A stretch of 64,000 bases of DNA from Bacteroidota bacterium (GTDB taxonomy: Bacteria > Bacteroidota > Bacteroidia > Palsa-965), in assembly GCA_046335555.1 (NCBI GenBank), contig JBKDHA010000186.1, forward strand, positions 4,912-68,911. The letters run 5' to 3'. Positions 16,676 through 26,444 of the stretch are shown here, in pieces (within the stretch, counting starts at the first letter, position 1; the number at the start of each line of letters is the position of its first letter). Position numbers and translations under genes: made by a program. Under the pieces are notes generated by a model, which saw only the letters and a program-made list of their open reading frames with translations, did no database searches and had not been told where the DNA came from.

Positions 16676-18316
16676 TTATCGTTTCTCAACCTCCAGCACA
16701 ACAGCTACCCAACCTGCATCCGAAACCGGTTTCGTGAATTTCACATTTCCGCCCTCGCTGCTGAATGTTGTTGCAGCTGTTAGCTTTGCCCCCAGCGCTG
16801 CATTTATTTTATCGGCCAACGTTGCGCCTTTTGCAGCGCTGATTTGCTGGTTAACGGCTTTGTAGTCGATAGGCTCATTGGTAACCAGCACAGCCATTTC
16901 ATCCATTGTGCCAATATTATCGGGATACAACGTATGGTCTTTGGGGAATAGACGTTTGCCGGTTATACCGCAATAAGGCGAATGCTTTGGTGTGTAGGGA
17001 AAAAGCACATAGCTGGTTTTATCGGTTTCAAGTCCGATCAGATATGTATAGCATTCTGCATTATTCGTGAACTGAATTTTAAACGGTGTGCCTTTTTGAT
17101 CTTTCGACTGTCCTTTTACAACCGGGCTTGCAGTGCGGTAAACACCAACATTGCCCGATTTGCCGCGTGCTGTAAATGCAATTGCACTTTTTGTGCTTTG
17201 ATTTTCGAGACCGAAAAAACAATCGAGTGTTGTGGGTGCGGGTTTGCTCACAGCACCCATCGGATGCAGGCCGTAGGCTTCAACTACAAAGTAGTCGAAA
17301 TCGTTGTAGCGCACCCAGCAAACACCATCTTTGCCCCATTCATTTCCCCAGGAATTCATGATCTGAAATGCGCCGCCTTTCATGTAATCATCATATCCGA
17401 TCACGCACATCGCATGACCGCCAAACTCATTTTTAAAAGCGGCATCAAAATCTGATTTTTCGGGAAACCAAACATCTTTGCCTTCCATATTGCGCATAAA
17501 CGTTCCGCCAACGCGCATACCAATAACTACCGGTGCGCCCTGTGCAAGATTTTGTTTGATGGCCAGCATGTTTACGCGGTAATCATCATCACCGCCGCTG
17601 CCGTCGTTTTTCGACAACCGTGATGCGCCTTTAATTTTATATTTTGCAGCAGCATTGAACTCTGAATCCGAAGGCTCGTTTGAGCAGGTATTTTCATCAT
17701 ACGGAAACTGCGAAAGCGGAAGTCCGCCGCGTTGCTGCATCGCTTCCATTGCCTGCTGCAAATAAGCGCCCTGACAGTTTTCGAGTGCAATCTGACTGTA
17801 TAAAAACGAAGGGCTGAAACGAATTTGCTTCGGATCTTGTCCGGTAGCGCGGCTCTGCAAAATGGTGCGCGCTGCATACGAACTGGCCCAGGCCACGCAC
17901 GAACCCTGCTTGCCCTGATTGAGCCGCGGCGGAGCAAACTCAAGCAAAGAAACCCGCTCGGGCAGCGGATCTTTTACATTATCGGCAAGCGGCTCGTAAA
18001 CAGGTGCCTGATCGTACACCTCGCGCTTCATGTCACAGCCTTTGCTGTATGAAGAGGAATTGGCTGTGCTGTTGCCGGGCAAACTGCAGCTTTTACCGCT
18101 GAAAAACCAGAATGCCACAAGCGCAACAACTACCAGAATACCTATTTTCGGATTCCGGAACAGAAACCGAATGAGCTGCGGCAAAAACATGAGCAGTATT
18201 CCTAACCCGCCAAAACCGCCGCCGCCGCCACCACCGCCGCGGTTAAAACCGGGACGGTTTCCGGGATTGAAATTTGAACCGTTGTCGTTGTCGTCCTGAT
18301 CAATTCTGATAGGCAT
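16676..18316 (-). CDS. C1-family (papain-like) cysteine peptidase with a Gly-rich N-terminus and transmembrane anchor
   Basis: Catalytic Cys context QGKQGSCVAWASSYA and His context GGHAMCVIGYDD. The N-terminus has a poly-Gly run (GGGGGGGGFGG) followed by a transmembrane helix. A C-terminal beta-rich domain follows the peptidase core. Confidence 0.75.
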   Translation of the reverse strand: MPIRIDQDDNDNGSNFNPGNRPGFNRGGGGGGGGFGGLGILLMFLPQLIRFLFRNPKIGILVVVALVAFWFFSGKSCSLPGNSTANSSSYSKGCDMKREVYDQAPVYEPLADNVKDPLPERVSLLEFAPPRLNQGKQGSCVAWASSYAARTILQSRATGQDPKQIRFSPSFLYSQIALENCQGAYLQQAMEAMQQRGGLPLSQFPYDENTCSNEPSDSEFNAAAKYKIKGASRLSKNDGSGGDDDYRVNMLAIKQNLAQGAPVVIGMRVGGTFMRNMEGKDVWFPEKSDFDAAFKNEFGGHAMCVIGYDDYMKGGAFQIMNSWGNEWGKDGVCWVRYNDFDYFVVEAYGLHPMGAVSKPAPTTLDCFFGLENQSTKSAIAFTARGKSGNVGVYRTASPVVKGQSKDQKGTPFKIQFTNNAECYTYLIGLETDKTSYVLFPYTPKHSPYCGITGKRLFPKDHTLYPDNIGTMDEMAVLVTNEPIDYKAVNQQISAAKGATLADKINAALGAKLTAATTFSSEGGNVKFTKPVSDAGWVAVVLEVEKR

Positions 18317-18491
18317 AATTAGGTTGGATTTAGTTGGGACGAAGATATATTTTTGACTTTCAAAGCTAATGTAGTTTCACCAAACACAAAAGAAGTCGCA
18401 GTTATTTCGTGATTATCATTAAAATATGTGTGTTTTATATGAATGGTTCACCTATTTTGCGAAACACCAGAATTCACAAAACATCAAAATT

Positions 18492-19619
18492 ATGAGAACA
18501 GTTGCCTTATCTATTGCTGTAATGGCGCTCGGTTCGATAACCGCCCTGAATGCTCAGAACCTTGTAAAAAATGGTTCTTTTGAAGAAAACAAATGTGAGC
18601 CAAAGGGCTGGGGCGAAATTGGCCGCGCATCAATGGTGAACAGCGCCAACAACACCACTGTTGATTATTACGGTCCCAAAGCCTGCAAAGGTCAGGCGCT
18701 TTCAACCGGTGATAATTTCATGGGTAATCAGGCCGCTTTTGAAGGCCAGCACTATGCCGGAATTATTGCTTACTACGCCGATGAAGCTAACGACTGGAGA
18801 AGCATCTGGAGCGGCGAAATCAAAACCCGCAGCGGATACCAAAACTACAGCGAGTATGTTCAGCTCGAATTTACTCAAGCACTCGAAGCCGGAAAAACGT
18901 ACAGCATTTCTTTTCAGGCCAGTCTCGCCGATAAAAGTGCTTATGCCGTTTCAGGTCTCGGCGCTTACATCTCGAAAGATAAAATGAACGAGATGAAAAA
19001 TACTTACCTCGAAGTTGAACCGCAAATCTCTTCATCAGCAACAACTGAAAATGCAGGTGGCTGGACAGAAATCAAAGGTAACTACACAGCCAAAGGTGGT
19101 GAGATGTACATCATTATCGGCTGCTTCAAAAAAGGTATGGATACCAAGCGCATTAATGGCGAAGCGAATACACTGAATATGCGCCGCGCTTATTATTTTA
19201 TTGATGGTGTAACTGTTGGCGGCGGTGCCGGTGCTGTTACTCCCGATCAGCCGAAAGACGATCTGTATGAGCAAATTCTCAGCGGTGCGAATATTTCGCT
19301 GAAAGGCTTGAATTTCGAAACAGGTTCAGCCAAGATCAAACAGGAATCGTTTGCTGATCTCGACAAATGGGTGGCTGTACTCAAAGCGCATCCCGAACTC
19401 AAAATTGCTATCGAAGGACATACCGATGCTTCCGGAAATGCAGCCAGCAACATGACACTTTCAAAACAACGCGCTGAGTCGGTTAAGAAATACTTTACCG
19501 ACAAAGGCATTGGCGCCGACCGCATGACAACAGAAGGCTTCGGATCAACCCGCCCTGTTGATAAAGACAATGTAAAAAGTCTGGCCAACCGCCGCGTTGA
19601 AATTCATATTGTGAAGTAA
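18492..19619 (+). CDS. OmpA-family protein
   Basis: Signal peptide MRTVALSIAVMALGSITALNA. C-terminal OmpA domain (NFETGSAKIKQESFADLDKWVAVLKAHPELKIAIEGHTDASGNAASNMTLSKQRAESVKKYF...RRVEIHIV). ATG 18492 is preferred over 18426. Confidence 0.8.
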   Translation: MRTVALSIAVMALGSITALNAQNLVKNGSFEENKCEPKGWGEIGRASMVNSANNTTVDYYGPKACKGQALSTGDNFMGNQAAFEGQHYAGIIAYYADEANDWRSIWSGEIKTRSGYQNYSEYVQLEFTQALEAGKTYSISFQASLADKSAYAVSGLGAYISKDKMNEMKNTYLEVEPQISSSATTENAGGWTEIKGNYTAKGGEMYIIIGCFKKGMDTKRINGEANTLNMRRAYYFIDGVTVGGGAGAVTPDQPKDDLYEQILSGANISLKGLNFETGSAKIKQESFADLDKWVAVLKAHPELKIAIEGHTDASGNAASNMTLSKQRAESVKKYFTDKGIGADRMTTEGFGSTRPVDKDNVKSLANRRVEIHIVK

Positions 19620-19638
19620 TCGGAATTATTGTAATTGC

Positions 19639-19678
19639 AAAAGCGGCTGTATCTCAACGATACAGCCGCTTTTTATTT
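19639..19678. terminator. Bidirectional rho-independent terminator
   Basis: Perfect 14-bp stem aaagcggctgtatc / gatacagccgcttt. An A-run precedes it and a T-run follows, so it can serve the convergent genes on either side. Confidence 0.65.
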
Positions 19679-20185
19679 CCTGTATTTGGTACTGTCTCCA
19701 ACAGTGTACTTGTACTTTTCAAGTAAATTGGCCAACTCAGTACTATCAACGTCTTTAAAAAACGGATTCGAATCAAGTAATGCGCGCGATTGTTTCATAA
19801 TTCGCTCAGATTCCGCATCTAACTCAGACATCCCTTTGTCAATTGACGATGAAGCAGATTGAATAGCGCATTGAATACTCATTAATCTGATAACAGATTC
19901 AATTGCAGCAGTGTCATTTAATGAATAACGGTATGCCAGTTTATCTAATGAAACCGTTCGGAAACCTTCAAAAAAAGCTAGATTTTCTTCATCTAATACC
20001 GTATCAGCTAAGGGATAAGATGCTGACGGAAATGAACGCATTACATGCTGCAATGAATCAAATAAAGCGTATTGCCTTGGTGTTGCCGAAGATTTTGGCG
20101 TGCAGGAACTGCCAGCAAAAAGCATCAGAACAAAGACTAATATCAATCCGAAATTAAAGCGGAACGAATTACCGGCCATTCTCAC
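19673..20185 (-). CDS. Hypothetical lipoprotein
   Basis: 170 aa with a signal peptide and Cys lipobox (LMLFAGSSC). No recognisable domain. Confidence 0.45.
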   Translation of the reverse strand: MRMAGNSFRFNFGLILVFVLMLFAGSSCTPKSSATPRQYALFDSLQHVMRSFPSASYPLADTVLDEENLAFFEGFRTVSLDKLAYRYSLNDTAAIESVIRLMSIQCAIQSASSSIDKGMSELDAESERIMKQSRALLDSNPFFKDVDSTELANLLEKYKYTVGDSTKYRK

Positions 20186-20510
20186 CTTGTTTCTCTTTAT
20201 GTATGTCTACCCATACCGACATATTCATTAACAAAGCATTCATATCTTCCGGTTTAGTGAAGTTATGTTTTACCAAAACTTCATCTAACTCTTTTTCCAT
20301 AATATCATTCATTACATCAACGGCTTTCTCGCCTTTCCACGTTGCCGCTTCAGCTACAAAATAGCTTCGGTTTTGTTTCATGTATAACTGAAGTGAATCA
20401 TATAACTTGACCTGACTTTCAGTTGCGTATTCTGATTTTTTCTGACAGGAATACAGCATTAACAAGAGTATTCCGAATACTATTGCAGCACGTTGGTTAA
20501 TTGATTGCAT
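20169..20510 (-). CDS. Hypothetical small lipoprotein
   Basis: The likely start is MQSINQRAAIVFGILLLMLYSCQ (ATG at 20510), which gives a 113-aa lipoprotein. The 5'-extended ORF would overlap the divergent sulfotransferase gene. Confidence 0.4.
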   Translation of the reverse strand: MQSINQRAAIVFGILLLMLYSCQKKSEYATESQVKLYDSLQLYMKQNRSYFVAEAATWKGEKAVDVMNDIMEKELDEVLVKHNFTKPEDMNALLMNMSVWVDIHKEKQGENGR

Positions 20511-20553
20511 ACTTAGATTTTTTGAAACATATAAAAATACCAATAATCCTGAA

Positions 20554-21381
20554 TTGGTCTTTGCAGCTTCTCCGTATCTTGGCGCTGTGCCGCACACTCC
20601 CCGACAATACTTTCGTGCCCTGCTGCTGAAATTCGGAATCGGCAACAAAGCTGCATTTCATCTCAATCTTGATGAAATAAGTGCAGACGATGTTTTCCTT
20701 TGCTCCTATCCTAAATCAGGCAATACTTGGCTACGATTTTTACTTGCACATCTTATCAGTTCACGTATCAATATTCATCCAAAAAATATTGATGAGTTGG
20801 TGCCTGATGTTTATATGGCTGCTGAAATTGCCAATAAACTTAAATCGCCGCGCATACTGAAAACGCATCATGCTCTTTTCGATAGTTATCCGAAAACAAT
20901 TTATGTAGTGCGTGATGTGCGCGATGTATTGCTTTCTTACTACCATTATCAAACATCGCTGGGGAAATTCAGCGGAAGTTTAAGCGAATTTATTCGCATT
21001 GCCGATACACTGCATCCCTTCGGAAGTTGGAGCGAACATGTGAAATCAGCATTGGAATTTCAGCAAAAATATCCGCAGCGCATTCTGGTTTTGCGTTACG
21101 AAGATTTACAGCAGCAACCCGAAACCGAATTGCAGAAGATACTTGCATTTACAGGCATAAGCCCTGTACGCAACACTACAGAAGTAATTGAGCTTTCCGC
21201 ATTCGGAAGGCTGCGGAAACTCGAAGACGAACACGGAAGCGCTTTCAGCGAAAAAAGCGGAACACATTTTTTCCGCAGCGGAAAAACAGGAGAAGGACGT
21301 GCAACATTTTCGGCAGAAGAAAACGATTTACTTTTCAAACAGTATGGCAAATTTCTGCAGCAACTTGGATATTCCTTGTAA
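20554..21381 (+). CDS. PAPS-dependent sulfotransferase-family protein
   Basis: 5'-PSB loop YPKSGNTWLRF and 3'-PB region VVRDVRDVLLSYYH. The overall pattern matches Sulfotransfer_1. Confidence 0.75.
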   Translation: MVFAASPYLGAVPHTPRQYFRALLLKFGIGNKAAFHLNLDEISADDVFLCSYPKSGNTWLRFLLAHLISSRINIHPKNIDELVPDVYMAAEIANKLKSPRILKTHHALFDSYPKTIYVVRDVRDVLLSYYHYQTSLGKFSGSLSEFIRIADTLHPFGSWSEHVKSALEFQQKYPQRILVLRYEDLQQQPETELQKILAFTGISPVRNTTEVIELSAFGRLRKLEDEHGSAFSEKSGTHFFRSGKTGEGRATFSAEENDLLFKQYGKFLQQLGYSL

Positions 21382-21429
21382 ACACGCGGAAATCGTTACA
21401 TTTGCTATACAACATCCGACCTACAAGCT

Positions 21430-21666
21430 ATGCCATCTGTTCAGGAACTGATCGAAAAAATTGAAGCTGAAATTGAAGAACTTCCGCGCGGTGTTCTTCA
21501 GCCTGATACTAACTACCGCCAGCTTCCCGAATGGAGTTCGATGCACGCGCTTATTGTGCTGGCACTTGCAGAAACCGAATACAATGTAGCACTGAGCGGC
21601 GAAGACCTACGCAGTTGTTCAACTGTTACTGATCTTCAGAAACTGATTACAAGCCGTATGCCATAA
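21430..21666 (+). CDS. Acyl carrier protein-like (phosphopantetheine-binding) protein
   Basis: 78 aa with a four-helix ACP-like pattern and a candidate phosphopantetheinylated Ser in LPEWSSMHALIVLALAE. The KAS III gene starts 4 nt downstream. Confidence 0.6.
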   Translation: MPSVQELIEKIEAEIEELPRGVLQPDTNYRQLPEWSSMHALIVLALAETEYNVALSGEDLRSCSTVTDLQKLITSRMP

Positions 21667-21669
21667 GTC

Positions 21670-22722
21670 ATGGCTATTTTCACAACAGCAAACGTTCGTA
21701 TCGCAGGCATTTCTGCCGCAGTTCCTGCGCGTTCAGAAAGCAATCTCGATTACGACAAGCTTACCGAAGCTGAACGCAAGCTGCTTGTGAAAACTACAGG
21801 CATCCTGCACCGCCGCATCGCTGCAAAAGATCAAACTCTTACCGACATCGGCGAAGTTGCAGGCAACAAACTCATCGACCAGCTTGGCTGGGATCGCAGC
21901 GAAATTGATTTGTTGGTGCTTGTTACACAATCGCGCGATTACATTTTGCCTTCATCAGCTGTACTTCTTCAACACCGACTTTCACTTCCGCACACCTGTG
22001 CTGCTTTCGATCTCGGACTCGGATGCAGCGGATATGTATATGCGCTTTCGGTTGCAACTGCAATGATGCAGAACGGAGGATTTCGCAAAGGCATCGTTAT
22101 TGCCGGTGATATTTCAACTTCGGGCACCAGCGAACACGACAAAAGCACATACCCGCTTTTTGGTGATGCCGTTACTGCAACCGCTCTCGAATACAAGTCA
22201 GGAGCCGAAGCAATACACTACAACCTGCAGAGCGACGGAAGCGGTGCCAATTCAATAATTATTCCCGACGGCGGTTTGCGCAAGCAGCTTGAACCCGAAT
22301 CGTACATCATGCACGAATACGAACCGGGCATTATCCGCTCGCGCAAACATCTCTGGCTGAACGGACTTGATGTCTTCAACTTCTCAGTGCGTGAAGCGCC
22401 GGCAAATATTCAGCAGCTTTGTGCAAGTGCAAACATTGCTCCCGACGCGCATGACTTTTTTGTGATGCATCAGGCCAATTTGCTGATGAATGAAACCATC
22501 CGGAAAAAGCTAAAATATCCGGCCGAAAAAACGCCCTACTCACTCAACGATTTTGGAAATACAAGCTCTGCCTCTATTCCAATTACTATTGTAAGTCAAT
22601 GCGCTGCAGCAGCCGAAAAACCGCAACGCTGGCTGCTTTCGGGCTTTGGTGTTGGACTAAGCTGGGCCAGCATGAGTATAAAAACCGATGGTTTTGTTTG
22701 TATGCCTGTGATTGAAGTTTAA
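21670..22722 (+). CDS. 3-oxoacyl-ACP synthase III (FabH-like ketosynthase)
   Basis: Cys-His-Asn triad contexts AAFDLGLGCSGYVYAL, FFVMHQANLLMNE and NDFGNTSSASIP. 350 aa. Confidence 0.8.
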   Translation: MAIFTTANVRIAGISAAVPARSESNLDYDKLTEAERKLLVKTTGILHRRIAAKDQTLTDIGEVAGNKLIDQLGWDRSEIDLLVLVTQSRDYILPSSAVLLQHRLSLPHTCAAFDLGLGCSGYVYALSVATAMMQNGGFRKGIVIAGDISTSGTSEHDKSTYPLFGDAVTATALEYKSGAEAIHYNLQSDGSGANSIIIPDGGLRKQLEPESYIMHEYEPGIIRSRKHLWLNGLDVFNFSVREAPANIQQLCASANIAPDAHDFFVMHQANLLMNETIRKKLKYPAEKTPYSLNDFGNTSSASIPITIVSQCAAAAEKPQRWLLSGFGVGLSWASMSIKTDGFVCMPVIEV

Positions 22723-22732
22723 ACGAACCGCA

Positions 22733-23737
22733 ATGCCAGCACGTCTCTCCTATTTTACGTATCATTTGCCGGAACAGGTTTATACCAATGCCGACTTCGC
22801 GCTCGATTTTCCGGAAGCTAAAATGAGCAGTCTCGAAAAAACAGGCGTGCGAAAACGACATATTACACCAAAAGGACAAACCTCATCAGACCTTGCTGTT
22901 CTTGCCGCTGAACGGTTATTTACCGAAAATAATATTGATCGAAACAGTATTGATTTTATCATTTACTGTTCCTTTGATTTGGATTATCATCTGCCCTCAA
23001 CAGCATGCTTGATTCAGCACAGGTTAGGACTGCCTTCACATTGCGGAGCTTTTGACATGGGCTTGGGCTGCAGTGCTTATGTTTACGGCATTGCCACAGC
23101 GGCATCATTGCTTGAAACACTTCAGCTTAAAAATATATTACTGCTCACAGCTTCTTCACTCACACATCAAATACACGAGCGCGACCGAGGGAATCGTTTT
23201 TTGTTTGGTGATGCGGCATCAGCTTCGCTTGTTACGCGCACTGAAAAAGCGTCGATTGGCTCATTTGTTTTTGGTACCGACGGCAGCGGCGGCAATCAAA
23301 TCATTGTTCCGCACGGAGGAATGCGTACACCGCTGCAGGAGGATTCGTTTACAGAATCAACTGATGAATTCGGCAACACAACAGCACCTGCTAATTTTTA
23401 TATGGACGGCATCGGGATTTTCAGGTTTACAGTGGGTGTTGTTCCTAAACTTGTGAACGATGTGCTTACCAAAGCCGCACTAACAAACGATGATATAGAT
23501 CTGTTCGTGTTTCATCAGCCCAATGTTTTCCTGAATGAAATGCTGCGCAAGAAACTAAATATCCCGGCCGAAAAATTTATACACGCAATGGCTGATACCG
23601 GAAATACAGTTCAGGCAACAATTCCGATTGCATTAACTGAGGCGCTGAAAGAAGGTAAACTTAAACCGGGCATGAAAGTACTGCTAGCCGGATTTGGCGT
23701 TGGTTTAAGCTGGGGCGGTTGTATTATTGACTATTAA
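22733..23737 (+). CDS. Second FabH-like 3-oxoacyl-ACP synthase III
   Basis: Triad contexts GAFDMGLGCSAYVYGI, LFVFHQPNVFLNE and ADTGNTVQATIP. ATG 22733 (MPARLSYFTYHLPEQV) is the likely start. The alternative ATG at 22712 would overlap the first KAS gene by 11 nt. Confidence 0.8.
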   Translation: MPARLSYFTYHLPEQVYTNADFALDFPEAKMSSLEKTGVRKRHITPKGQTSSDLAVLAAERLFTENNIDRNSIDFIIYCSFDLDYHLPSTACLIQHRLGLPSHCGAFDMGLGCSAYVYGIATAASLLETLQLKNILLLTASSLTHQIHERDRGNRFLFGDAASASLVTRTEKASIGSFVFGTDGSGGNQIIVPHGGMRTPLQEDSFTESTDEFGNTTAPANFYMDGIGIFRFTVGVVPKLVNDVLTKAALTNDDIDLFVFHQPNVFLNEMLRKKLNIPAEKFIHAMADTGNTVQATIPIALTEALKEGKLKPGMKVLLAGFGVGLSWGGCIIDY

Positions 23738-23752
23738 TAATCGCAATTATCA

Positions 23753-24499
23753 TTGAGCCGAAAACACGATCATCTTCTTTCACGAAAAGGAGCAACGCGA
23801 ACTGCTGACATTCCAGCCGAAGTCCTTGAAGCATTGAATTCAGGCGCAATCAGCACAGTTAATCTTACCGAGTGGCTGATGGTTGACAATCTAAAGCTTC
23901 TTGATGTTGTGCTGAAAGCTGAAAAGCAATCAGCTCTTTTCAAATCTGTAAGCGATGCAGTTGCTGCGCTTAAAAAGCCAACGGTTAACAGTGTGCAGTA
24001 TGCAATAAGTACAACGCTTCGCGCAGCAGCGGGGAAAGATGAAAAGAAAATTTATGCATTGCTTTCGTCGCATCCGTCAGACTCAGTTCGCTGCTGGGCG
24101 GCCTACTATGTTGGTACCGATTCATCGAAAACACTTGAGCAAAAACTGGAGCTCATTGAACCGCTTGCTGCCGATCTGCATTTCGGGGTGCGTGAAGTAG
24201 CCTGGCTTGCTGTTCGCCCTGCCCTTGCGGCTGAACTGAGCAAAGCACTGATACTTCTTAAACCGTGGACACCCAGCAGCGATGCAAACATCAGACGTTT
24301 TACGAGTGAAGCTACGCGGCCACGGGGCGTTTGGTGTGCGCACATTACAGAACTCAAAGAAAAACCTGAACTGGCCTTGCACTTGCTCGAACCCTTGCGC
24401 AGCGATAGTTCTGAATATGTGAGAAACAGTGTTGCCAATTGGCTCAACGATGCTTCTAAAACTCAGCCAAAATGGGTTCAGGAAACTTGTAAACGCTGA
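23753..24499 (+). CDS. DNA alkylation repair protein (AlkD-like HEAT-repeat fold)
   Basis: 248 aa with the helical-repeat pattern and the conserved C-terminal stretch (RRFTSEATRPRGVWCAH...EYVRNSVANWLND) of the DNA_alkylation family. Confidence 0.6.
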   Translation: MSRKHDHLLSRKGATRTADIPAEVLEALNSGAISTVNLTEWLMVDNLKLLDVVLKAEKQSALFKSVSDAVAALKKPTVNSVQYAISTTLRAAAGKDEKKIYALLSSHPSDSVRCWAAYYVGTDSSKTLEQKLELIEPLAADLHFGVREVAWLAVRPALAAELSKALILLKPWTPSSDANIRRFTSEATRPRGVWCAHITELKEKPELALHLLEPLRSDSSEYVRNSVANWLNDASKTQPKWVQETCKR

Positions 24500-24564
24500 A
24501 GCAAAGAATCTCCAACAAAAGAAACGGGAGTGATTGTAAAACGGGCTTTACGAAGTTTATAGCA

Positions 24565-26415
24565 TCAGTCAAAAACCTTTCGATCCGGATCTATCAGCGG
24601 CGATGCTTCTTCAAACTTTGCAGCAAACAACTGTTCTCCTTCAGTATTCAGGTACCCGAATTTTCCTTTGTCTTTGAAAACTGCAAAACCATTTACCATA
24701 GGCTGCACTTCATCGTAGGCGGGAGCAATGCTTATTTTCCCGGTACTGTCAATCATCCCGAATTTACCACTACGGCTCACCGGCGAATAACCTTTGTACA
24801 TAACGCCAATACTGTCGAACTGCGGCTGCACAATGTAGTTTCCTTTATCATCAATCATTCCGCTGCCCGACTCTTCTTTCACCACAGTACGGCCGCCGAA
24901 AAAGTAGATGTAGGTATATGAAAGCGGTTTGTAAATCAAACTTCCGTCGGTACGATAACAGCCTGACATTCCTCCTGCTTCAACAGTAAAATAACCGGGC
25001 TGAAGATGGTAGATTTCATCAAACACAACAGGCAAAATTCTTCGGCCATTTGTATCAATTACGCCTCCCGCACCTGCATTGTCCTGACCATTTCTCAGAT
25101 AACTCAACACCTGCTGAAGTGTATCTGCCGAAGCATTTTTGCTGAGTTCTTTTACATGAAAATAACCATCGCCGAGACTGTAAATAAAAACCCATTCGGG
25201 TTGCGAAACAAATTTCCCGTTCCGGTCGATAAGTCCGTAACGTCCGTTCTGTTCAACAATGGCTCTGTTAAACACATAATCATCCGCAGCCTGAAATTGC
25301 GGCTCAATAATTACTTTTCCTGTAACATCTGCATATCCATAACGGCCATCAGCTGCACGAAAACGGATTCGGCTGCAGCTTACTTTGAATGCTTCCGAAA
25401 CTGTAGTTTGTAATGTGCCTGTTTGCTTACCAGTTTTATCAATAATAATGGTTGCATTGCCTTTGGTAACTGTTGTAAAACCATCCCGGAAAGGAGTTGC
25501 ATAATCATATTGCGGAGCAACAATTTCGTTGCCGCCCGCATCGCAAAAACCATACTTGCCGTTTTTATAAATGCGAAACATTCCATCGCCAAAAACCGGT
25601 TGCTGTTCGTAAACAGGGGCTGCAATAACTTTCCCGGCACTGTCAACAATGCCGTATTTACCAGAAAGTGCCGGTTGCTTTGTTTCTTCTAAAACATCAA
25701 ACTCGTTATCGCTGTTTGAATGCTCATTTTCAGATTCAGCAGTTGCATTCTGTACAAAAGGAAAGTACCAATTGCCGTTATCGCTTGTAAAGATTTCATT
25801 GTACTTCGGCTCAACTACAAGTTTGCCTTTAGCATTTATGAGTCCGTATTTCAAGTTTTTCCCGCCTTCCAGCAATGCCAGCAACATATCTTCAGCATTG
25901 CTTGTATCTTGAGTAATGACAAGCGCAAGCGGCCCGGTCATTTCTTTAAGATCCTGAAGTTGTGGTCTGCATACTAATTCTCCGGCGGCATTCACAATGC
26001 CAAGTGCACGGCCTTTTTGCACCACGCAGAGTTCGGAAGTATAAAAATAGGCTTGATCGAACCGGGCTGCAATCAATTCTTTTCCGGTGCCGTGTGCTGC
26101 AAATCCGAACCGGCCTTTATCGGCAAAAATGAAACACTGTGCACTGAACGGAATTACCGAATCCCAACGCGGGGCAAGAAGTTCTTTGCCTTCTTTATCA
26201 ATCATACCGTACTTGCCATTGCTTTGCACAACAGCAGCACCATTCACAAAACTCCAGGCATTGGTATATTGCGGATCAATTACAAAACTTCCTGTTTCGT
26301 CGATATAGCCGTATTTACCATCAACTTTTACGCAACCGCGCAGCTTTCCGGCTTTTCCGCAGGAAGTGAGCAGCAGCAATATATACAGGGCGAGAAAAGA
26401 AATGTATCTGAACAT
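24565..26415 (-). CDS. WG-repeat lipoprotein
   Basis: Signal peptide plus lipobox (LLLTSCGKAG). More than 12 tandem KYG(Y/F/M)ID..G..VI.P.Y motifs of the WG-containing-repeat family. Confidence 0.65.
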   Translation of the reverse strand: MFRYISFLALYILLLLTSCGKAGKLRGCVKVDGKYGYIDETGSFVIDPQYTNAWSFVNGAAVVQSNGKYGMIDKEGKELLAPRWDSVIPFSAQCFIFADKGRFGFAAHGTGKELIAARFDQAYFYTSELCVVQKGRALGIVNAAGELVCRPQLQDLKEMTGPLALVITQDTSNAEDMLLALLEGGKNLKYGLINAKGKLVVEPKYNEIFTSDNGNWYFPFVQNATAESENEHSNSDNEFDVLEETKQPALSGKYGIVDSAGKVIAAPVYEQQPVFGDGMFRIYKNGKYGFCDAGGNEIVAPQYDYATPFRDGFTTVTKGNATIIIDKTGKQTGTLQTTVSEAFKVSCSRIRFRAADGRYGYADVTGKVIIEPQFQAADDYVFNRAIVEQNGRYGLIDRNGKFVSQPEWVFIYSLGDGYFHVKELSKNASADTLQQVLSYLRNGQDNAGAGGVIDTNGRRILPVVFDEIYHLQPGYFTVEAGGMSGCYRTDGSLIYKPLSYTYIYFFGGRTVVKEESGSGMIDDKGNYIVQPQFDSIGVMYKGYSPVSRSGKFGMIDSTGKISIAPAYDEVQPMVNGFAVFKDKGKFGYLNTEGEQLFAAKFEEASPLIDPDRKVFD

Positions 26416-26444
26416 GCCGCAAAAATAGCGGAAATACGGGCAAA

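Noticed and set aside
16982-17455. 157-aa + strand ORF (and similar 60-135-aa ORFs) lying antisense inside annotated genes
   Set aside because: It is fully embedded antisense in the C1 peptidase gene and has no motifs. It is typical spurious antisense reading-frame noise. The same applies to the many short ORFs nested within rng, feoB, secA, the M13 peptidase gene and others.
18220-18250. GC-rich tandem trinucleotide run (ccgccgccgccaccaccgccgcgg)
   Set aside because: It encodes the poly-Gly N-terminus of the C1 peptidase on the minus strand. It is coding low complexity, not a non-coding repeat.
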